Shown: piece by piece, positions 19,125 through 21,854 of the stretch
Layout: every line of letters starts with the position of its first letter
Numbering within the stretch: position 1 is the first letter of the stretch
From: a bacterium
Lineage (GTDB): Bacteria > DUMJ01
Direction of reading: 5' to 3'
Length of the DNA stretch: 21,854 bases
Assembly: GCA_049970495.1 (NCBI GenBank)
Contig: JBMFMV010000027.1
Span: forward strand, 1 to 21,854
The notes under the pieces: model-generated
Database searches by the model: none
Told to the model about the DNA's origin: nothing
What the model saw: only the letters and a program-made list of their open reading frames with translations
Made by a program: the position numbers and the translations under genes

Positions 19125-21494
19125 TTATACCTCCCTTCTTCTGGTTTTCATTCTGGCTATCTTAGTAGCAACAAGTATTAATCTAGGATTTCTTATCTTT
19201 TCTCCACTATGTAAAAGGTTATATAGTATAATTTGCGATAGTCTTTCTGCTATTTCTTTTTGGTCTCTCAGATAATACATAAATCTCCATATAGCAGGGG
19301 GAGTGATTTTACCCCTAAGACTTGATTCAAGGAGGGGAGAAAATCCCTTTATAGACTTCTCTATCTTGGAAATTACCGATCTTGATGTTTGTTTTTCTAA
19401 ATCTGACATTAGAATTCTTTTACTCAAGTCCTCAGCAATATCAAGCGCTTCTTTAAATTCTCTATAGGTAAGCACCTCTTCTTCTACGCATACCTTATCT
19501 TTCTGTTCCTTTTCTTCTTCAGGATACCTAAAGCCTTTAGCTGTATCTAAGGCTTCTTCCACTAGTCTGGCTCCTCTAATTAAAGGGAAATCATGAGGCA
19601 GATAATATATCCCAGTTGAAATAGTAAAAACATCTTTGGAGCCAGTATACTCCATATATCTATTTCTGACCTCTAGGACTAGCTTATTTAGCCTTTCGTA
19701 GGTGCCAATTAAGAACAGGTCATCACCACCTATAAATACAGGGTAAATTTCATTACTTCCCTTTATAAGCTCTAAGACTTCTTTTCCAAAGAACAGCTCA
19801 ATCCTTCTACTTAATACTCCATATCTTGTAAGAGATAATCCCCTTTCTCTTTCCTTGTCTGATAACCTTTTAAATATATGGCCCATGTTATCAGCATCCA
19901 TCTTTAGATACGCAAGCCTTTTATCTCCAAACTCCTTTATTATATTTCTCTGGGCAATCCCTTCGAAATCACTCTCTAAAATATTATAACTACCGAGTAA
20001 GAAACCATAGGGAATAAACTTGTCAGTTATATTAATGTCTTCCAATTGGTATATTTTACTTTCTTTCTGGTAAAATGGATCCTCAGAAAATGACAAACTA
20101 TACCCAAGTTTTTCAAAAAATTCTTTAACTGTTTCAGGGTCTTTATCTAAATTCGATTTTTCTTCGATAAGATACCTTGATTTCTCCAATTCTTCATCCG
20201 CAAGTCTTACAAAAGATTCACAGGTCTTACACCATCTTTCCTGTATACTTACATTTTTAGACTTTTTCTTTCCACAGACAGTACAGTATTCACCTTCTCC
20301 TATTTCCTCCTCTTTAGGTTTTAGGACAAGTTCATAGAAATTCTTTAATTCACTGAATTTTCTTCTCTTTCTTTCATCCAGCCTAAAACTTAGCTCTTCT
20401 TTTTTATCTATAAAATAGAGAAGGTCATTAATGCTCAGATACATCCATTCAATACCTAGATATATCTCTTCTCCAAGTAGCTTCCAGAGATTTTCAACTA
20501 TATATGCCCTTAACTCTTCTAATTTTTTGTGGGGAGTATGGGAGATAAGTAAGTCAAAATTCCCTCCACCAAGATAGATAACATTTGCTCTTGTAAATCC
20601 TGTATTTTCTAAGATGTATTTACTTGAATATCTAGTAAGAAGATCCAAGAAGACAGATTTCCCTTTTAACATCCTTCCAGCCCTTTCTGAGGATATATTG
20701 AATAAGAAACTCTGAATTCCAGATAGGTCTCCTGAGATAAGAGTAAATAAAGGCTTCTCTGATACCTCTTTAGATAAGCTTTTAGTTCTTAAAAATTCTC
20801 TAATCTTTTCTAAATCATCTTTAGTTAGCAATCCCCCAATGTAGTCTTTATAAAGTATATGAGATAGGGCGGCAGTTATTCTAGAGTGGTCATAAAGTGA
20901 GATGTCCGGGAGATACCCTGTAGTTTGTGCAGGAACTTGAGATAGGTAAAACTCTAAGAGAGTTAAAATCTGCTCTATATCATTAATACTTTGAAATTTC
21001 TTTAAGAGTGGATTTAATAGAGCGGAATATTTATTTTCATCAATACTTATTTTTTCTCTTTTCTTTGGAATTATGTTATTCAGATCACTTAAAGGATAAT
21101 GTAAATCTTCTGCATTTTCATCAATTCTTTTAAAAGGAGTAGATAAAGGGATATTGATATAGTATCCTTTTTCTGTTTCGGACTCCTCCCTTTCTGAGGA
21201 TGATAACCAATCAGCTATTTGAATTATTAGTCCATATTCATTAACAGGGTTGTGATGTGTTAATACTAATTCTTCCACTTCTTCTGTTAGATTCTCTTTT
21301 AAGAAGTCTGTAAGTCTTTCTATAGACCTTAAAATCCTAACGAAGAAAGCAGAATATTTAGGATGGGCATAATTACCAGTACTTTTTATATCTTGAGGAA
21401 GTTCTCTTGAGTTATATTCCTTTGTCCTTTCTAAGGCTTTCCCAAAATCGTGCAATAAGGCTGATAAAAGGATCTTATTATCATCCAATTTCAT
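19125..21494 (-). CDS. cas10: Cas10/Csm1 with HD nuclease and Palm cyclase domains
   Basis: ALLHDFGK (HD), IADWLSSSER, SLYDHSRITAA, GDLSGIQSF, Zn finger CTVC..CKTC, KMDADNMG, FIGGDDL (intact GGDD). The annotated ATG abuts GAGGAGGG, so the in-frame TTG at 21488 (7 nt after the SD) may be the true start. Confidence 0.96.
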   Translation of the reverse strand: MKLDDNKILLSALLHDFGKALERTKEYNSRELPQDIKSTGNYAHPKYSAFFVRILRSIERLTDFLKENLTEEVEELVLTHHNPVNEYGLIIQIADWLSSSEREESETEKGYYINIPLSTPFKRIDENAEDLHYPLSDLNNIIPKKREKISIDENKYSALLNPLLKKFQSINDIEQILTLLEFYLSQVPAQTTGYLPDISLYDHSRITAALSHILYKDYIGGLLTKDDLEKIREFLRTKSLSKEVSEKPLFTLISGDLSGIQSFLFNISSERAGRMLKGKSVFLDLLTRYSSKYILENTGFTRANVIYLGGGNFDLLISHTPHKKLEELRAYIVENLWKLLGEEIYLGIEWMYLSINDLLYFIDKKEELSFRLDERKRRKFSELKNFYELVLKPKEEEIGEGEYCTVCGKKKSKNVSIQERWCKTCESFVRLADEELEKSRYLIEEKSNLDKDPETVKEFFEKLGYSLSFSEDPFYQKESKIYQLEDINITDKFIPYGFLLGSYNILESDFEGIAQRNIIKEFGDKRLAYLKMDADNMGHIFKRLSDKERERGLSLTRYGVLSRRIELFFGKEVLELIKGSNEIYPVFIGGDDLFLIGTYERLNKLVLEVRNRYMEYTGSKDVFTISTGIYYLPHDFPLIRGARLVEEALDTAKGFRYPEEEKEQKDKVCVEEEVLTYREFKEALDIAEDLSKRILMSDLEKQTSRSVISKIEKSIKGFSPLLESSLRGKITPPAIWRFMYYLRDQKEIAERLSQIILYNLLHSGEKIRNPRLILVATKIARMKTRRREV

Positions 21495-21510
21495 CCCTCC
21501 TCTTAGTCTT

Positions 21511-21540
21511 AGTTTACTGCAAAATAAATAAGCAAAACAA
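21511..21540 (-). promoter_or_regulatory. Candidate cas10 operon promoter
   Basis: - strand TTGTTT-N18-TAAACT just upstream of the SD; weak consensus in AT-rich DNA. Confidence 0.3.
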
Positions 21541-21667
21541 TGTATGATAAAAGGATAAAGACATTACTCATTATTTATTAATGCTTCAATAGTCCTAATA
21601 TTCATATGGGATAACCACTTTAATTGTATAGAGTCCACCAGATAAAAAAATAAACTTAAAAGAGTAT

Positions 21668-21764
21668 CTTTATCCTTTATATAGGTTAGCTACAAACATA
21701 TTAAGAATAGTATCGCTATTAACACAAATAAAACGTTTCAATCCCTTATAGGTTAGCTACAAAC
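21668..21764 (-). CRISPR. CRISPR mini-array: one intact 30-bp repeat, one 37-bp spacer, one half-degenerate repeat
   Basis: 21735-21764 reads GTTTGTAGCTAACCTATAAGGGATTGAAAC on the - strand, ending in the ATTGAAAC handle. Spacer 21698-21734. 21680-21697 matches 18 bp of the repeat exactly (TATAGGTTAGCTACAAAC); 21668-21679 has diverged. Confidence 0.88.
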
Positions 21765-21782
21765 GGATATCCCTCCTTATTG

Positions 21783-21804
21783 ATTGGAATTTTGAAATTC
21801 CAAT
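21783..21804. repeat. Perfect 10-bp inverted repeat in the putative CRISPR leader
   Basis: ATTGGAATTT-TG-AAATTCCAAT; extends to 21776-21807 (CTT...AAG) with a 4-nt bulge. Confidence 0.8.
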
Positions 21805-21854
21805 AAGTGCCAATGGTTAGATATTACCTTACTGTTTTCATAATTTTAAGCCTA

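Noticed and set aside
21256..21274. 10-nt identity (TGTGTTAATA) making the spacer antisense to cas10 mRNA
   Set aside because: A 10-mer match in AT-rich DNA of this length is expected by chance; extending it needs a 6-nt bulge.

Overview
AT-rich bacterial window. Gene content and the CRISPR repeat family suggest a thermophilic anaerobe (Dictyoglomus/Thermoanaerobacter-like; inference only). Left to right: (1) the end of a + strand glycan-use operon (UroD/MtaA-fold gene tail, GH2 beta-mannosidase, ROK repressor, GH38 alpha-mannosidase, second UroD/MtaA-fold gene), convergent with an orphan family-5 ABC solute-binding protein at a shared hairpin. (2) A ~3.2 kb rearranged pseudogene scar (9419-12577) with remnants of a UroD-like gene, a transketolase beta subunit, a DUF4038 apiosidase-like hydrolase and an FGGY kinase, which together resemble a decayed D-apiose pathway. 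(3) An intact ABC exporter. (4) A - strand type III-A CRISPR effector operon (cas10-csm2-csm3-csm4-csm5-csm6-like) with no cas1/cas2/cas6 in view. It is followed by a 36-codon Cmr6 (type III-B) relic absent from the ORF track and preceded by a single-spacer CRISPR mini-array. The degenerate repeat of that array is complementary to a segment just upstream of cas10, and its leader carries a palindrome and a Shine-Dalgarno motif. All family calls are by eye from motifs; no searches were run.
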